Origin: Coleofasciculus sp. B1-GNL1-01
GTDB taxonomy: Bacteria; Cyanobacteriota; Cyanobacteriia; Cyanobacteriales; Coleofasciculaceae
DNA length: 64,000 nt
Assembly (NCBI GenBank): GCA_040220235.1
Contig: JAVJTO010000132.1
Reading direction: 5' to 3' (one strand)
Positions 40,504 through 51,675 of this stretch are shown here, piece by piece. The translations under genes and the position numbers were made by a program. Under the pieces are notes generated by a model. It saw nothing but the letters and a program-made list of their open reading frames with translations. It was not told the origin of the DNA and made no database searches. How positions within the stretch are numbered: position 1 is the stretch's first letter; each line of letters starts with the position of its first letter.

Positions 40504-41343
40504 ATGAATTCAACTTCACTATTTTGTCTTGAGAAAGATTACTTAATTGATTTGGTGAACAAGTATCAAGAATCCTACTCTCAAGCGCAGCCATTTCCTC
40601 ATGTCGTTATTGATGACTTTTTGCCAGAATTTGTTTTAGATGAGATTCTCCAGGAATTTCCTAAACCCGGTTCAATCGATTGGCAAAAATTTGATGTATC
40701 GTCTCAAAAAAAACTGGGTTCAAAATCAGAGTTACAGATGGGAGAAGCAACACGCATGCTCTTATATCAACTGAACTCTTCCACGTTTATTAACTTTTTA
40801 GAAAAATTAACCAGTATTGAGGGAATTATTCCTGATCCTCACTTTGTGGGTGGGGGTCTGCATCAAATTGAACCCGGAGGGTATCTGAAAATGCATGTCG
40901 ATTTTAATCGGCATACCCGACTGAACCTAGACCGTCGTTTAAATCTGCTCCTATACTTAAATAAAGATTGGCAGGAAGACTATGGTGGTCATCTCGAACT
41001 TTGGGATCGGGAGATGAAGCAGTGCAAAAAGAAAATTCTGCCTATCTTTAATCGGTGTGTTATATTTAACACTACAGACTTCTCCTATCATGGGCATCCT
41101 GAGCCATTAACTTGTCCAGAGGGGCAGACGCGCAAGTCATTAGCGCTATACTACTACAGCAACGGGCGACCAGCCGCAGAAATTACTGGTTCAGATCATT
41201 CAACCTTGTTTAAAACTCGACCAGGAGAGGATTTTAGGGTAAATACATCATCTGGTATAAATACTGGTATAAATACCTTGATAAAGAAGTTAGTTCCTCC
41301 TATTTTGATTGATGCGCGAAATTATCTAAAAAAGAAATCTTAA
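40504..41343 (+). CDS. 2OG-Fe(II) oxygenase
   Basis: HVD...H triad, RRLNLLLYLN, RKSLALYYY; AGGAG before ATG 40504. Confidence 0.88.
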   Translation: MNSTSLFCLEKDYLIDLVNKYQESYSQAQPFPHVVIDDFLPEFVLDEILQEFPKPGSIDWQKFDVSSQKKLGSKSELQMGEATRMLLYQLNSSTFINFLEKLTSIEGIIPDPHFVGGGLHQIEPGGYLKMHVDFNRHTRLNLDRRLNLLLYLNKDWQEDYGGHLELWDREMKQCKKKILPIFNRCVIFNTTDFSYHGHPEPLTCPEGQTRKSLALYYYSNGRPAAEITGSDHSTLFKTRPGEDFRVNTSSGINTGINTLIKKLVPPILIDARNYLKKKS

Positions 41344-41371
41344 ATGTTGAGACTTTGGATCAAATAAAGTA

Positions 41372-41511
41372 ACGAGGACAGACTAAGTTTTTCACCCGAA
41401 ACGATAAGGCGGCAATGGTATCATCGGGTTTGGGGTGCGGTGGTTGCTCTAACAGGTAAATGGCTTGAGTGGGTCTTGGGGACGTGTTGGCACGTTGAGC
41501 GAGTTCGCGAT
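41372..41511 (-). pseudogene. Internal fragment of a diverged copy of the GT2 at 41812
   Basis: Matches 42454-42594 (LAQRAN...QAIYLLEQPP...RVKNLV). Confidence 0.85.
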
Positions 41512-41620
41512 TAGTTTCCCACAGGATTTCGATAGAGCAAAAGCAAAGATAGAGCAAAAGCCTTGGCTGAGCGTTTATATCAGCTAGCTCAGGATATTGA
41601 TTTACGCAAAAGGGCGAGTC

Positions 41621-41718
41621 ATATCATGTCATGTCCGGTCAAACACCCCTGAATAAAAACGCCTGTAATCCTTGTTTTTATGGCTTTGCAATTATGGGCA
41701 ATCGTTAGGACATGATAT
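41621..41718. mobile_element. Small MITE family D
   Basis: atatcatgtc ... gacatgatat inverted ends. Confidence 0.6.
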
Positions 41719-41811
41719 CAATCAGCCCGTGAGTGTACTGTTGAGGCATTTGATGTACGCGTTAGCGCTCAGCGGATTTTTGATGGGATTAAAACTTATG
41801 CTGATGTTTGG

Positions 41812-43041
41812 CTATAGAACGGTTTCTGATGACTCACCTGCATCCCGTTCTGTTCTAATCCACTTATTCTCAGGCTTCACCAGAAAAGCAAAATACAGGG
41901 GAATCTTCCACAAAATATAAAACGGTACAGTCAACAGTGTATGTGCAGGTATATTCTCACGGCAAAACTTAACCCATGCTGCAATAATGGAAACTAAAAT
42001 CAACAGTCCTTCTAGCCCTACAAAAACTGCTGGTATCCAGGATACTCCCACAACTGCTGCTAGTAACGTTCCCCCCATCACTGCTACCCAAATCATGACT
42101 AATAGGGAAAGCGGAGGTACAACTAAATCAAGAGCGATCGCAAACAAGTCAACCCGCCGCTGAATCACAGACTGGGTAAGGAGTCGCGGGACTTGGGTAA
42201 GTAAGGTTTGTAAATGACCATGTTCCCATCGGGTGCGCTGGGTTTTGGCGGCTTCCTGCTGCTGGGGGAGACATCCGGTAACTCTAGCGTCTAAACAAAA
42301 TAGGGGAGAATGTCCGGCTATGGCTAAATCAATGCCAAGCTGCATATCCTCGACTATATTATTACTCGCCAGGGGCGCTTGACTAATAACTGACCAAGGA
42401 AACGCCATCCCCGTACCCATCAATAAACAGGGAAATCCTAGGCGATTTAATCCACGGGGACGAACTAAGTTTTTCACCCGCACCGATAGGGCGGAAATGG
42501 TATCTTTGGGTGTAGGGTTGGGGGGTTGTTCTAACAGGTAAATGGCTTGGGTGGGTCTTTGGGAAATGTTGGCACGTTGAGCGAGTTTCGCGATCGCGCT
42601 TTCATGTACGATACAGTCAGCATCTACGAGTACCACGATATCCGGTGGGTCGGTAGAAAGGTACTTTATACCGTAGTCTAGGGCATATCCCTTACCTTGG
42701 TGTTCTGTGTCGTGACGTTCGATTACCTTTGCGCCTAGTTGACGTGCGATCGCGGCGGTGTCATCGGTACAATTATCGGCAATAACTACCAGTCTATCTT
42801 GGTCGGTTAGCTGGGGTACTATGGTTTTTAGGGTGGTGCTAATTCCAGAGGCTTCGTTGTGGGCGGGAATTAACACAGTTATGCGGGGAGGGGAGGCTGA
42901 GGCGGTTTCTGGTGGTTGACTCGGTGGGAAGAGGGCGGCGAAACACTCGATAAATAGCATCCCGATGGGGACAAGAAGAGAGAGTGCGATCGCGAATAGG
43001 ACTATTTCCACGATAATAAGCCATGGCGGATTGGTGAACAT
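41812..43041 (-). CDS. GT2 glycosyltransferase (membrane, QxxRW type)
   Basis: PAHNE, DNCTD, KGYAL, DAD, VED, QRTRW. Confidence 0.92.
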   Translation of the reverse strand: MFTNPPWLIIVEIVLFAIALSLLVPIGMLFIECFAALFPPSQPPETASASPPRITVLIPAHNEASGISTTLKTIVPQLTDQDRLVVIADNCTDDTAAIARQLGAKVIERHDTEHQGKGYALDYGIKYLSTDPPDIVVLVDADCIVHESAIAKLAQRANISQRPTQAIYLLEQPPNPTPKDTISALSVRVKNLVRPRGLNRLGFPCLLMGTGMAFPWSVISQAPLASNNIVEDMQLGIDLAIAGHSPLFCLDARVTGCLPQQQEAAKTQRTRWEHGHLQTLLTQVPRLLTQSVIQRRVDLFAIALDLVVPPLSLLVMIWVAVMGGTLLAAVVGVSWIPAVFVGLEGLLILVSIIAAWVKFCRENIPAHTLLTVPFYILWKIPLYFAFLVKPENKWIRTERDAGESSETVL

Positions 43042-43179
43042 GACCTGGAAACCTCGCTGTGTCTGGAACTTTGGGGAATAGGGATAGTGCGATCACTAGG
43101 ACGCTGTTTGGGAAGTTTATTGTTACCTACGTTTTTGTCCTATGTTCTGGGAGAGTTATTCGTGAGCGACGAAATATTT

Positions 43180-44139
43180 TTACTTAAGATATCGCTTTTC
43201 AATAGCATTGAGTTTCAATTTTACACGTTTGTGCCATGGCTTGATCTCTAGCTTTCTCGAAAAATATTCTGCTAAAAACAGAGGCAATCCCTGACGTTTA
43301 ACTCGGAATTTTACCCGTGCATACCAGTCCTGAAATCTTAGGCTTCTTGCCCTTGCTGGAGTAACCTCTAGAGGTGGCAATCCACTAAGTTCATAACCCC
43401 GCTCAACTAGCCTATCTGCAATTCGTGATTCAACCAACTGAATCTCATCCTCAGACAGTTTTCGTCGCCACTGTTGAATTAATTTCGGATCGGGTAAATC
43501 AAAAGTAGTGTTCTGAGCGTAACTAAGCATTGCTTCATCGTAAGGAACACCAATAAATTCACTCAGGCGCGTCAGAGTTTTAGTCGGTTCTGAAATAAGG
43601 GTTTCATAATTTACCTCAGTTCGCCGTTCACCGGGGATCATATCTTGTAGCTGTGTCCATAATTGTTCAACTTCTATCCAACGCTCTACCCCTGTCCAGA
43701 CATTACCTGCCCAGCCCATACCGATACAGGAACGAGCAACATCTCTACCATCTCTAACTATATGTATAAAGCGAGCATCTGACCAAATCCGCAGCAATTT
43801 ATCGAAGTGGCGATGAGCGGTAGCACCGATTAGGGATTTGCGCTCCTGATTCTGTTTCTGGAGTAAAAAGCTATTAACTAGTTGCGGATAGCTTAAACTG
43901 CGGTCAATTCTAAAACCAGTGGCTTGAAAGATACGGTGAGTTTCCAACCATTGATAATATTCTTCAAGCTGGGGCCAGCCATCACCATCAGGTATGCGAT
44001 CGACGGTATACTCAAATTCATTACACCAAGCAATCTGGGGATGATGACTCAGCATGAGTCTCAGAACTGTTGTACCCGAACGCTCCGCACCAACCAGAAA
44101 AATGGGTTCAGATACTAAATCTTTTTCTTTCACTATCAT
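43180..44139 (-). CDS. Sulfotransferase
   Basis: GAERSGTT 5'-PSB, VRDGRDVARS 3'-PB. Confidence 0.92.
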   Translation of the reverse strand: MIVKEKDLVSEPIFLVGAERSGTTVLRLMLSHHPQIAWCNEFEYTVDRIPDGDGWPQLEEYYQWLETHRIFQATGFRIDRSLSYPQLVNSFLLQKQNQERKSLIGATAHRHFDKLLRIWSDARFIHIVRDGRDVARSCIGMGWAGNVWTGVERWIEVEQLWTQLQDMIPGERRTEVNYETLISEPTKTLTRLSEFIGVPYDEAMLSYAQNTTFDLPDPKLIQQWRRKLSEDEIQLVESRIADRLVERGYELSGLPPLEVTPARARSLRFQDWYARVKFRVKRQGLPLFLAEYFSRKLEIKPWHKRVKLKLNAIEKRYLK

Positions 44140-44378
44140 TTTATTTTAATCTCGAGTAACAATTAACCCCAACTAATCACCAATTTTTTTCTTAAGCAAA
44201 TGGGAAAGCCAATGGAACGTTTTTGTTTGGCAGCTTTGAATGACTTGCCACCGATGGATACCCAGCGTTTATCCGATCCCTCCCTACTCCTTTCCAACGG
44301 TTCCCTCACTGGCAAGGGGCAAGACTGGATTGAACATAGAATTTATAATACTATCAATTCTATATAAAGTCATGTCTG

Positions 44379-44672
44379 GGTTGGTTAGCTGGGGTATTAT
44401 TGTTTTTAGGGTCGTGCTAATTCCAGAAGCTTCGTTGTGGGCGGGAATTAACACGGTTATGCGGGGATGGGAGTCTAGGAGAGCTTCTGGTTGTTGACGC
44501 GGTGGGAAGAGGGCGGCGAAACACTCGATAAACAGCATCCCGATGGGGATAAGCAGGGAGAGTGCGATCGCGAATAGGATTATTTCCACGATGATAAGCC
44601 ATGGTGGATTGGTGAACATGACCCGGAAACCTCGCTGTGTCTGGAACTTTGGGGATTAGGGAGAGTGCGATC
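44379..44672 (-). pseudogene. 5' fragment and leader duplicate of the GT2 at 41812
   Basis: Matches 42801-43094 at offset 1578; MFTNPPWLIIVEI...PQLT then diverges. Confidence 0.9.
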
Positions 44673-44763
44673 GCGACAAACCTATATCTTCTGGTTATTA
44701 TAGTGCTGGCAGCTTACTCCAGTCGAGTAAAATATACAGTATACTCATCAAACGCTAACGATT

Positions 44764-45969
44764 ATGACGTGTCGGATTTGTTCAGCCGATGTATCGGTAC
44801 TCCTGGATTTAGGAACCTCACCCCCCGCCAACTCCCTGAAAAAATCGCCAGAACAGGTTCAGGATTCTTATCCCCTGGTTCTAGAGATTTGTGATAACTG
44901 TGGCAATGTCCAGTTGCGAGACTGCTTGGATGAAGAAGCCCTCTATAAGGATTATTTTTATGTGACCCCTTCGTCTACATTGCTATCCCGCCATTATGAT
45001 TTTCTTCAGTCATTCTTATTCAAAAATAATTATTTAACCAGTCATTCCTTTGCGTTAGAGATTGGTAGTAATGTTGGTTTATTTTTAGACCATATTAAAC
45101 CCAATGTGGCTAAAGTAGTGGGCATTGATCCAGCCCAGGAAATTAGTGAACTGGCTAATCAGAAAGGGATTGAGACGGTTTGTGACTTTTTCAACGAAGC
45201 ATCATCCGTCAAACTGAAAGACCAATTTGGCAACCCTAATATTATTCTCGCCCGTCACTGCTTTGCCCATAATTGTGACCCCCATCGGATGCTTAAGGGG
45301 GTGACGCATTTGCTGGATGATTCTGGCTTGTTTGTAATTGAGAATGCCTACTTGTTGAACACGATAGAGAACAATGAGTTCGACCAGATTTATCATGAAC
45401 ACATGTTCTACTATTCTATCCGCTCGATGAAAGCGCTGTTGGCGATTCATAATATGCATTTGGTGGATATTATCATGTCGCCTATCCATGGGGGGTCGAT
45501 TGTTTTTGTCGCCAAGAAAGTCAGCGCTGAGGATAAGATTAGTTCAGCGGTAGGGAAGTATACGCTTCAGGAGGATCTCTTACTCACCCCCTCAGCGTTT
45601 AAGCATTTTGTCGAGAATACCTGGAGAATTAAGGATACGTTAGGTCGATTGATTAAGGGGTTAAGAGATGGTGGGTGGACGATTTATACTTATGGGGCGA
45701 CGGCGAAGGGAAATACGTTGTTGAATTTCATCGGATTAACAGATAAAGAGATTAAATATTGTGTGGATAGTACACCAATGAAACAGGGGAAATATTTACC
45801 TAAGTCCAATATTAAAGTGATTTCTGAGGAAGAATCTCAGGAGAATCCCCCGGATTATTTCCTGTTAACCGCCTGGAATTATCGCGATGAGATTGTAAAT
45901 AAGGTGCGTCAGTCTGGGAATTATACGTCTCAGTTTATTGTGCCGATACCTTTTGTGCATATTTTATAA
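44764..45969 (+). CDS. NDP-sugar C-methyltransferase (TcaB9/NovU-like)
   Basis: CxxC...P.AN...CxxC Zn domain, EIGSN, IYHEH, HGGS, YGATAKG, LTAWNY. Confidence 0.88.
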   Translation: MTCRICSADVSVLLDLGTSPPANSLKKSPEQVQDSYPLVLEICDNCGNVQLRDCLDEEALYKDYFYVTPSSTLLSRHYDFLQSFLFKNNYLTSHSFALEIGSNVGLFLDHIKPNVAKVVGIDPAQEISELANQKGIETVCDFFNEASSVKLKDQFGNPNIILARHCFAHNCDPHRMLKGVTHLLDDSGLFVIENAYLLNTIENNEFDQIYHEHMFYYSIRSMKALLAIHNMHLVDIIMSPIHGGSIVFVAKKVSAEDKISSAVGKYTLQEDLLLTPSAFKHFVENTWRIKDTLGRLIKGLRDGGWTIYTYGATAKGNTLLNFIGLTDKEIKYCVDSTPMKQGKYLPKSNIKVISEEESQENPPDYFLLTAWNYRDEIVNKVRQSGNYTSQFIVPIPFVHIL

Positions 45970-46064
45970 GATTATTGACTCCCGGTACTCATTCTGTATC
46001 ATGTAACTGTCACTGTTGTCTTCCCTTTGGTAGGTTGGTGGGATGCTCCCTATCAATTAGGTGT

Positions 46065-47087
46065 TTATGGCACAGGTTGGCTATCTGGGCTAATGGCAGT
46101 TACATCTTTATACTCAACCAATTTAGTATGCCGTCCTTTTAGTCGGTTAAGGTGAAACAGAATTTGACCCTGTACTAAGGGGAATTTACCAATCACACAG
46201 AATAGTGCAAAAATTCGGGCATCTCTCGAACTTAAACCTTGTTTTTGCATCCAGTAGTCTATGCGATAGATCAGAATTGGATAACCGAGGAATAGCAGTA
46301 AACTCAATCCCTGGGTAAACCATGCCATGCTCAAAGCTAGCAGGGGCAGAACTAATCCCCAAAACCAAATACTTCTGCTTTCTTTGAGCCAATGCCGTTC
46401 CGGACTGCGACCGTGTAACCAAGATCCCTCAGCATAGGCATGACCACATCGGCGAAAACGGTTCCACCACTGGCTAAACCGTTTAATGTCAGCATCGTGT
46501 CGGGTCATTTCAGCATCAATGCGGAGGATTTTCCAGTCCTTCCGCCGCAGTCGCACGCACAGTTCGGGTTCGCCACCGCCGATGAGAGTGGGATTGAATC
46601 CTCCCACCTGTTGTAAGGCGTCTGGACGCATCATGGCGTCACCGCCACAGGCTTTGGCTTCACCGATTGGGGTATCCCATTCAATATCGCATAAGCGGTT
46701 ATAAACCGAGGCGTCGGGGTACAGTTCGCGTCGCCGACCACAGACGACGGCAACATCTGGTCTGGCGTCGAGTTGGGCTTCGGCTTTTTCCAACCATCCC
46801 TCGACTAACTCGCAGTCACCATCGATAAATTGGACATATTTAATGTCGGGATAGGTGTTGATTAAATAGAAGAAGCCTTCATTCCGGGAGCGAGGAGACG
46901 CCATCGGTTTGGCTGGGTCGAGTTCAAGGACATCGACGCCGAGAGAACGGGCGAATTCTACGCTACCATCAGTTGAAGCCGAATCGACGTAGACGATATG
47001 AGCGACTTTGCCAATGACAGAATCTAAGCAGCGACGCAGGCGTTCTCCTTCGTTGCGTCCAATAGCTACTAATCCGATGTTACTCAT
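46065..47087 (-). CDS. GT2 glycosyltransferase
   Basis: IGRNEG, VDSASTD, FIDGD. Confidence 0.9.
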   Translation of the reverse strand: MSNIGLVAIGRNEGERLRRCLDSVIGKVAHIVYVDSASTDGSVEFARSLGVDVLELDPAKPMASPRSRNEGFFYLINTYPDIKYVQFIDGDCELVEGWLEKAEAQLDARPDVAVVCGRRRELYPDASVYNRLCDIEWDTPIGEAKACGGDAMMRPDALQQVGGFNPTLIGGGEPELCVRLRRKDWKILRIDAEMTRHDADIKRFSQWWNRFRRCGHAYAEGSWLHGRSPERHWLKESRSIWFWGLVLPLLALSMAWFTQGLSLLLFLGYPILIYRIDYWMQKQGLSSRDARIFALFCVIGKFPLVQGQILFHLNRLKGRHTKLVEYKDVTAISPDSQPVP

Positions 47088-47145
47088 ATTCCGACTCCGA
47101 TAGTCTCCAATCTACTTACTTATAGCGATAGTTTTGACAGATTAA

Positions 47146-47760
47146 TCAAATTGGATTCGGACAAGCTTGGGAGTTAATAATTTTAGCGGGAATACCGACA
47201 GCGGTTTTTCCGGCTGGGATATCGGTGAGAACCACGGCGTTAGCTCCAATATTGACATCATCTCCAATAGAGAGCTTGCCCAGGATTTTTACACCTGCTC
47301 CCACGTTAACGCGATTTCCTAGTTGTGGCGCATCCAAGGGGTGTTCCCGATAACGATTTCCCAGGGTTACTCCTTGACGGATCACACAATCGTCACCAAT
47401 TGTGCAATATCCGTGGATAATGATGGCACCTTGATGTTCTATGATTACGCGACGACCGAGTTTGACGGTGTAGGGTAAATCAATCCCATACACATTCCGG
47501 ACATGGCGGTATAAGGCTCGGTAAAGGATGCTAAACGGCGCTCGCAGCAGTTTGGGTTCGATGGTCATGCGCCAGACGCCAAAGCGATAAATGGCGACAG
47601 CCCGAAATCCCGGTTTTGTCCAATCTTGTTTGTGGGCAATCCAATCTTCTTTGATTTGTTGCCAAAGTCCTAGAGGTTTGGTTTCGACTTCCTGGCTACT
47701 GGATAGGGCGTCGGGCTGCGTCTCCATTGTAGTTCTGTTTAGGTCTGCGAGTTTTTCCAC
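47146..47760 (-). CDS. Hexapeptide O-acetyltransferase (serine acetyltransferase/WcaB-like)
   Basis: Left-handed beta-helix repeats, IGANAVV, VGIPA. Confidence 0.88.
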   Translation of the reverse strand: MEKLADLNRTTMETQPDALSSSQEVETKPLGLWQQIKEDWIAHKQDWTKPGFRAVAIYRFGVWRMTIEPKLLRAPFSILYRALYRHVRNVYGIDLPYTVKLGRRVIIEHQGAIIIHGYCTIGDDCVIRQGVTLGNRYREHPLDAPQLGNRVNVGAGVKILGKLSIGDDVNIGANAVVLTDIPAGKTAVGIPAKIINSQACPNPI

Positions 47761-47972
47761 GTTTAAAGTTAAGTAAGGACTATCACACCAGTGGAGTCAT
47801 CGAATCAGGATGCTGAAAAGGTTCAAAATGTCAAATTTTCTACATGTAAATGCTAATATAAGCGATTAAATTCTCCGTTTTCTATACAAACCGATGTTCT
47901 GCTAAAACGTCTCTACTGACCTTATTCTTTTTTGTTTTGTCACCGTTAACCTGGGTTATGCTGACCAACACT

Positions 47973-48977
47973 TTAGGGTTGATTTGTGGGCAGGTTTCGT
48001 TGCCTATATACACTATTGCGGATGAAATCATTAAGCATATAGGGTGGATCTTTGTCCGGTTTCCGTTGAATGATGCGGCGCATACGCCATAAGGAAAAAC
48101 CAACGATCCAGAGAGTATCGGCTAATAGGGTGTAAGGTAATCCATAGTTTTTGATAAAGAATCGTCGCCTAGAATTGAACCAGTACTGAGGGCGGCGCTT
48201 GGCTGGGCGTTTGGTGTCAGTCACTCCCGTGCTTTGTCCAACGATATGAACAATTCGACTATCCGGGACATACCAACAACTCCAGCCTGCTCGTTTTGCC
48301 TGTAGGCAAAAGTCGCCATCTTCATAATACAAGAAATATCCTTCATCTAGTAAGCCAACCTGCTCAAATACCTCCCGGCGCACAATCATGCTGGCTCCTG
48401 CTACCCAGTCGGTTGGGCAAGGTTCTTCGGGGATGGGGGGCCAAACCACCCATTTTTCCAGAATTTTCGAGGCGATGCCCAATCGTAAGCCTCTGTCTAA
48501 TTCGCTCAGTGCTGTATGAAAGCGGAAAGCAGAACATTGGGGAGTGCCATCGGGTTCTTCGAGGCGACTACCGGCAATCCCCACGTCCGGATGTTCGTTC
48601 ATAAAGTCTACTAGGATTTTTAGGGCATTGGGGCGAACAATGGTGTCTGGATTGAGTAAGAGAACGTAGGTCGGGGGATTGGTCGATTCTAGTGCTGGAC
48701 GGATTGCCGCATTGTTGCCGAAGGCACAGCCGCCGTTGTGGTTTAAGGGGAGTAATGATGCCCATTTTCCCCAGCCTTCGGTTTCTATGGCAGCGGCAAT
48801 TTGTTCGACGGAGCCATCGCCAGAGGCATTGTCGGAAACGACGACGCGAGTGCCAGGTAGGGATTGGACTTCTATTTCTAAGGAGCGCAGGCAGTCGATT
48901 GTTAGGCTGGGGGTGCGGTAGTTAAGGATGACTACGAGTAGAGGATAGGAAGGATTGGGTTGAGCTGCATTTGACAT
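47973..48977 (-). CDS. GT2 glycosyltransferase (rhamnosyltransferase-like)
   Basis: DNASGD, LLNPD, DWVAGA, FLYYED. Confidence 0.9.
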   Translation of the reverse strand: MSNAAQPNPSYPLLVVILNYRTPSLTIDCLRSLEIEVQSLPGTRVVVSDNASGDGSVEQIAAAIETEGWGKWASLLPLNHNGGCAFGNNAAIRPALESTNPPTYVLLLNPDTIVRPNALKILVDFMNEHPDVGIAGSRLEEPDGTPQCSAFRFHTALSELDRGLRLGIASKILEKWVVWPPIPEEPCPTDWVAGASMIVRREVFEQVGLLDEGYFLYYEDGDFCLQAKRAGWSCWYVPDSRIVHIVGQSTGVTDTKRPAKRRPQYWFNSRRRFFIKNYGLPYTLLADTLWIVGFSLWRMRRIIQRKPDKDPPYMLNDFIRNSVYRQRNLPTNQP

Positions 48978-49231
48978 TTTGGGTATAAATTAAGTAAGAG
49001 TGCCAAGCATAAGCAGAAGTTTTGGGTGGTTTCGACTGTAGTGTGTTTCAATCATTCACATAGTTACGAAGTCTTGCTGGCTGGCTAAAGGTTTAAGCAA
49101 CTCATTTAGGCTAGCTACATTTCTCTTAGCAATCATAACTGAAATCGGTAAGCTTTATTCTAATTAACTGGCTCGTGCGTGCGTTGATTGCTCAACCGGA
49201 AATAATCCCCAATGTATTCATCTTAGCGCCA

Positions 49232-50215
49232 CTAATCTTCCCACCAATTTGACATGAAGCTGCCAGCTAAAATGCGCTTGGTCAACTCAATTTTCTCTGG
49301 CTCTAACTTCTTAGACCACGCCGTGGCGATCACCTGGGAACTTGATGCACTTTTAGCGATCTCCGCTTCGATGTCCTTTGTCCAGGGTAGATGGCATTTA
49401 TCATAAACATGCTTCGCCACATCAATAGGATTGGCAACCAAGTCCTCATATACAAGCTGCACATAATTGGCACGTCCCTCACCCGCCGTGTGAATCGTTT
49501 CGCTAGCATAGCGCCAATACCACAACTCCGATTCTTCTTCAGACATCGCCTCTATCTCGCCAAACCGTTCAGCCCACTCCGGTTCATATTTAACAATCTG
49601 CCTGAGACGTTCCTGGTTATCCTGCTTAATCACAGTTATATCCTGATCTGCCCAATAGCGACGACTCATCGAATTCAAAAACCCTCCTGGGTGTCGCACA
49701 ATATGAATCACCAGCACATTGGGACGGTTGAGGAGTACCCACTCTGCCCATGCTGGAGCCATATTCAGCTTTAAAACCGTAGACGCTTGCTTAAGGGCAT
49801 CGGGGTGAACAAACCACCTCGGCACGGGCCAGTCAGGTTGCCTGAGGCTAGGCATGATTGGGGAAAAGAGTTGGCGAAGTCGGCGCTTGCCCAATACTAT
49901 AGTTCCTAACTGACGGACTGGCTGATTAATATAAAATTTAGGATAAGTTCCTATGCGATCGCGATCACCCATTCTCAATGCAACTGATGCAACAGCTTTG
50001 TCCCATTGTCCTCCAAAATCATCACCTAGAGGTTGTCGAACAATGGGTGATGGGAGTTGAGCCAGAGGAGAGGTTTTTAACTTATTGGCTTCATTGCGAC
50101 AATAAGTCTGAGGGCTAAGGTCGAGGAGATCAAGCAACCAGTTGGTTCCAGAGCGTCCCTGCCCGAAAATTAAGATATAGTCTGGTTTATCTGCGCCCAT
50201 ATTTGTTGTTATCAC
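49232..50215 (-). CDS. Sulfotransferase
   Basis: GQGRSGTN, VRHP...S, YEDLV. Confidence 0.85.
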   Translation of the reverse strand: MITTNMGADKPDYILIFGQGRSGTNWLLDLLDLSPQTYCRNEANKLKTSPLAQLPSPIVRQPLGDDFGGQWDKAVASVALRMGDRDRIGTYPKFYINQPVRQLGTIVLGKRRLRQLFSPIMPSLRQPDWPVPRWFVHPDALKQASTVLKLNMAPAWAEWVLLNRPNVLVIHIVRHPGGFLNSMSRRYWADQDITVIKQDNQERLRQIVKYEPEWAERFGEIEAMSEEESELWYWRYASETIHTAGEGRANYVQLVYEDLVANPIDVAKHVYDKCHLPWTKDIEAEIAKSASSSQVIATAWSKKLEPEKIELTKRILAGSFMSNWWED

Positions 50216-50256
50216 TCAAGTGTTGCTTAAGTAAATTAATCATTCAGATATTGTCT

Positions 50257-51645
50257 CTATCGTACCAGATACGCCTTAGATACTGAGGGACGACTGCCTC
50301 TTAGTTTTTGTGTTTCTGGCTGATTTAATAAAAACCCGGCTAACCCTCCACATAAAAGCATATAAATTGGGTTTTCTATGGCATTAAGCAGACAATCAAA
50401 CATATATAACGTTAGGATCAAGGCTGCTATAGCCGCAGGAGCGACTTTAGGATTAAACCAGGTTTGGGGAGGATATCGACCCAAGCAAAACCTGACCACC
50501 GGAAGTAGCATCGCCACGTATACACTCAGTAAGCCCACAATACCCCGGATGCCAAAAGCTTGCATCCACAGACTGTCGGTCAATGATGTATTTATTTCTT
50601 CTCCATACCTGTTATATTCATAAATGCGATTTCGTCCCCATCCTCCCCATCCAAAAATTATCCGCTGCCGTGCTTTGTCCCCTAATTCTTCTTCATTATC
50701 AAATCTTATTTGTAAGGAAGCAGCTCGTTCTTCATTCGTTACCTGAGCCATAAATGAAACCATCTGATCAGCCCTTTCACCCGTAAATGTCCCACTCACC
50801 CCCATACCTAAATAGAAGAACATCGCTCCAATCACCAGCAATAGAGGTAAAGAGGTCTGAAACCAGCGAATAGTAAATAGAATAACAATTCCAATTCCCA
50901 GTAACAGCCATGCACCTGTAGATTTGATCAGTATAAATGTAATCAGCAAGACTGGCATCAGCAAACCCATGGGAATCCCCCACACTTGCTTAAGTCCCCT
51001 AGCTTGCCACAGCCAAATGCCAGCCAGTGTCGCTGCCATCATCCACATACCCACTTCAAGACCATGTTGCATGAAAACTTGTGGTCTAAATCCCCCATAA
51101 CGCATCGTTTGAAGAAACATGTGAGGAAAGAAACCGTAAACCATGCGGTGTAGCTGCGGACTCATGCGGATTTCATACAGACAAAAAGGAACATAGACTA
51201 AACCGCCAATAAAAATACCAATCACTAATAAGCGCAACCCCCGCCAATTATTGAAGTAGATGCGACCGAGAAAATAAGGGACACCCCAAAGCAGCGTTTG
51301 ACTAAGAACTGATGACATGCCATCGTAGACTCCTAGGTTGTTACTGATTGATGAAGCCAAGGGACACAGACACCAGATTAGCATGGGCAAATCTAGCCAA
51401 CTTAATTTAAATGAACTGAAACGTCCGACATCAAAAATAAACGTAGCGAGTAAAACGCAGTAAACAGTTGCTGATACTCGCGTATAGTCAGGAAGACCTG
51501 GAAACGAAAAAGCCGTTTTTTGGGGAAGGAATAGCCAGGCGACAATGAAGCTAATTACCACTGCCTTTGGGGGCGGAAACCGAGTAAATATGTATAATAC
51601 TAGGGGGATCAAGGCAAGCATCGCCAGTTGAGCTTGAGGGGTCAT
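50257..51645 (-). CDS. Wzy/O-antigen ligase-like membrane protein
   Basis: Multi-TM with large loop, KSTGA, FGWGGWGR, DSLW. Confidence 0.8.
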   Translation of the reverse strand: MTPQAQLAMLALIPLVLYIFTRFPPPKAVVISFIVAWLFLPQKTAFSFPGLPDYTRVSATVYCVLLATFIFDVGRFSSFKLSWLDLPMLIWCLCPLASSISNNLGVYDGMSSVLSQTLLWGVPYFLGRIYFNNWRGLRLLVIGIFIGGLVYVPFCLYEIRMSPQLHRMVYGFFPHMFLQTMRYGGFRPQVFMQHGLEVGMWMMAATLAGIWLWQARGLKQVWGIPMGLLMPVLLITFILIKSTGAWLLLGIGIVILFTIRWFQTSLPLLLVIGAMFFYLGMGVSGTFTGERADQMVSFMAQVTNEERAASLQIRFDNEEELGDKARQRIIFGWGGWGRNRIYEYNRYGEEINTSLTDSLWMQAFGIRGIVGLLSVYVAMLLPVVRFCLGRYPPQTWFNPKVAPAAIAALILTLYMFDCLLNAIENPIYMLLCGGLAGFLLNQPETQKLRGSRPSVSKAYLVR

Positions 51646-51675
51646 GGGCTTTGTTTTACAGAGTCACTGTTTAAT

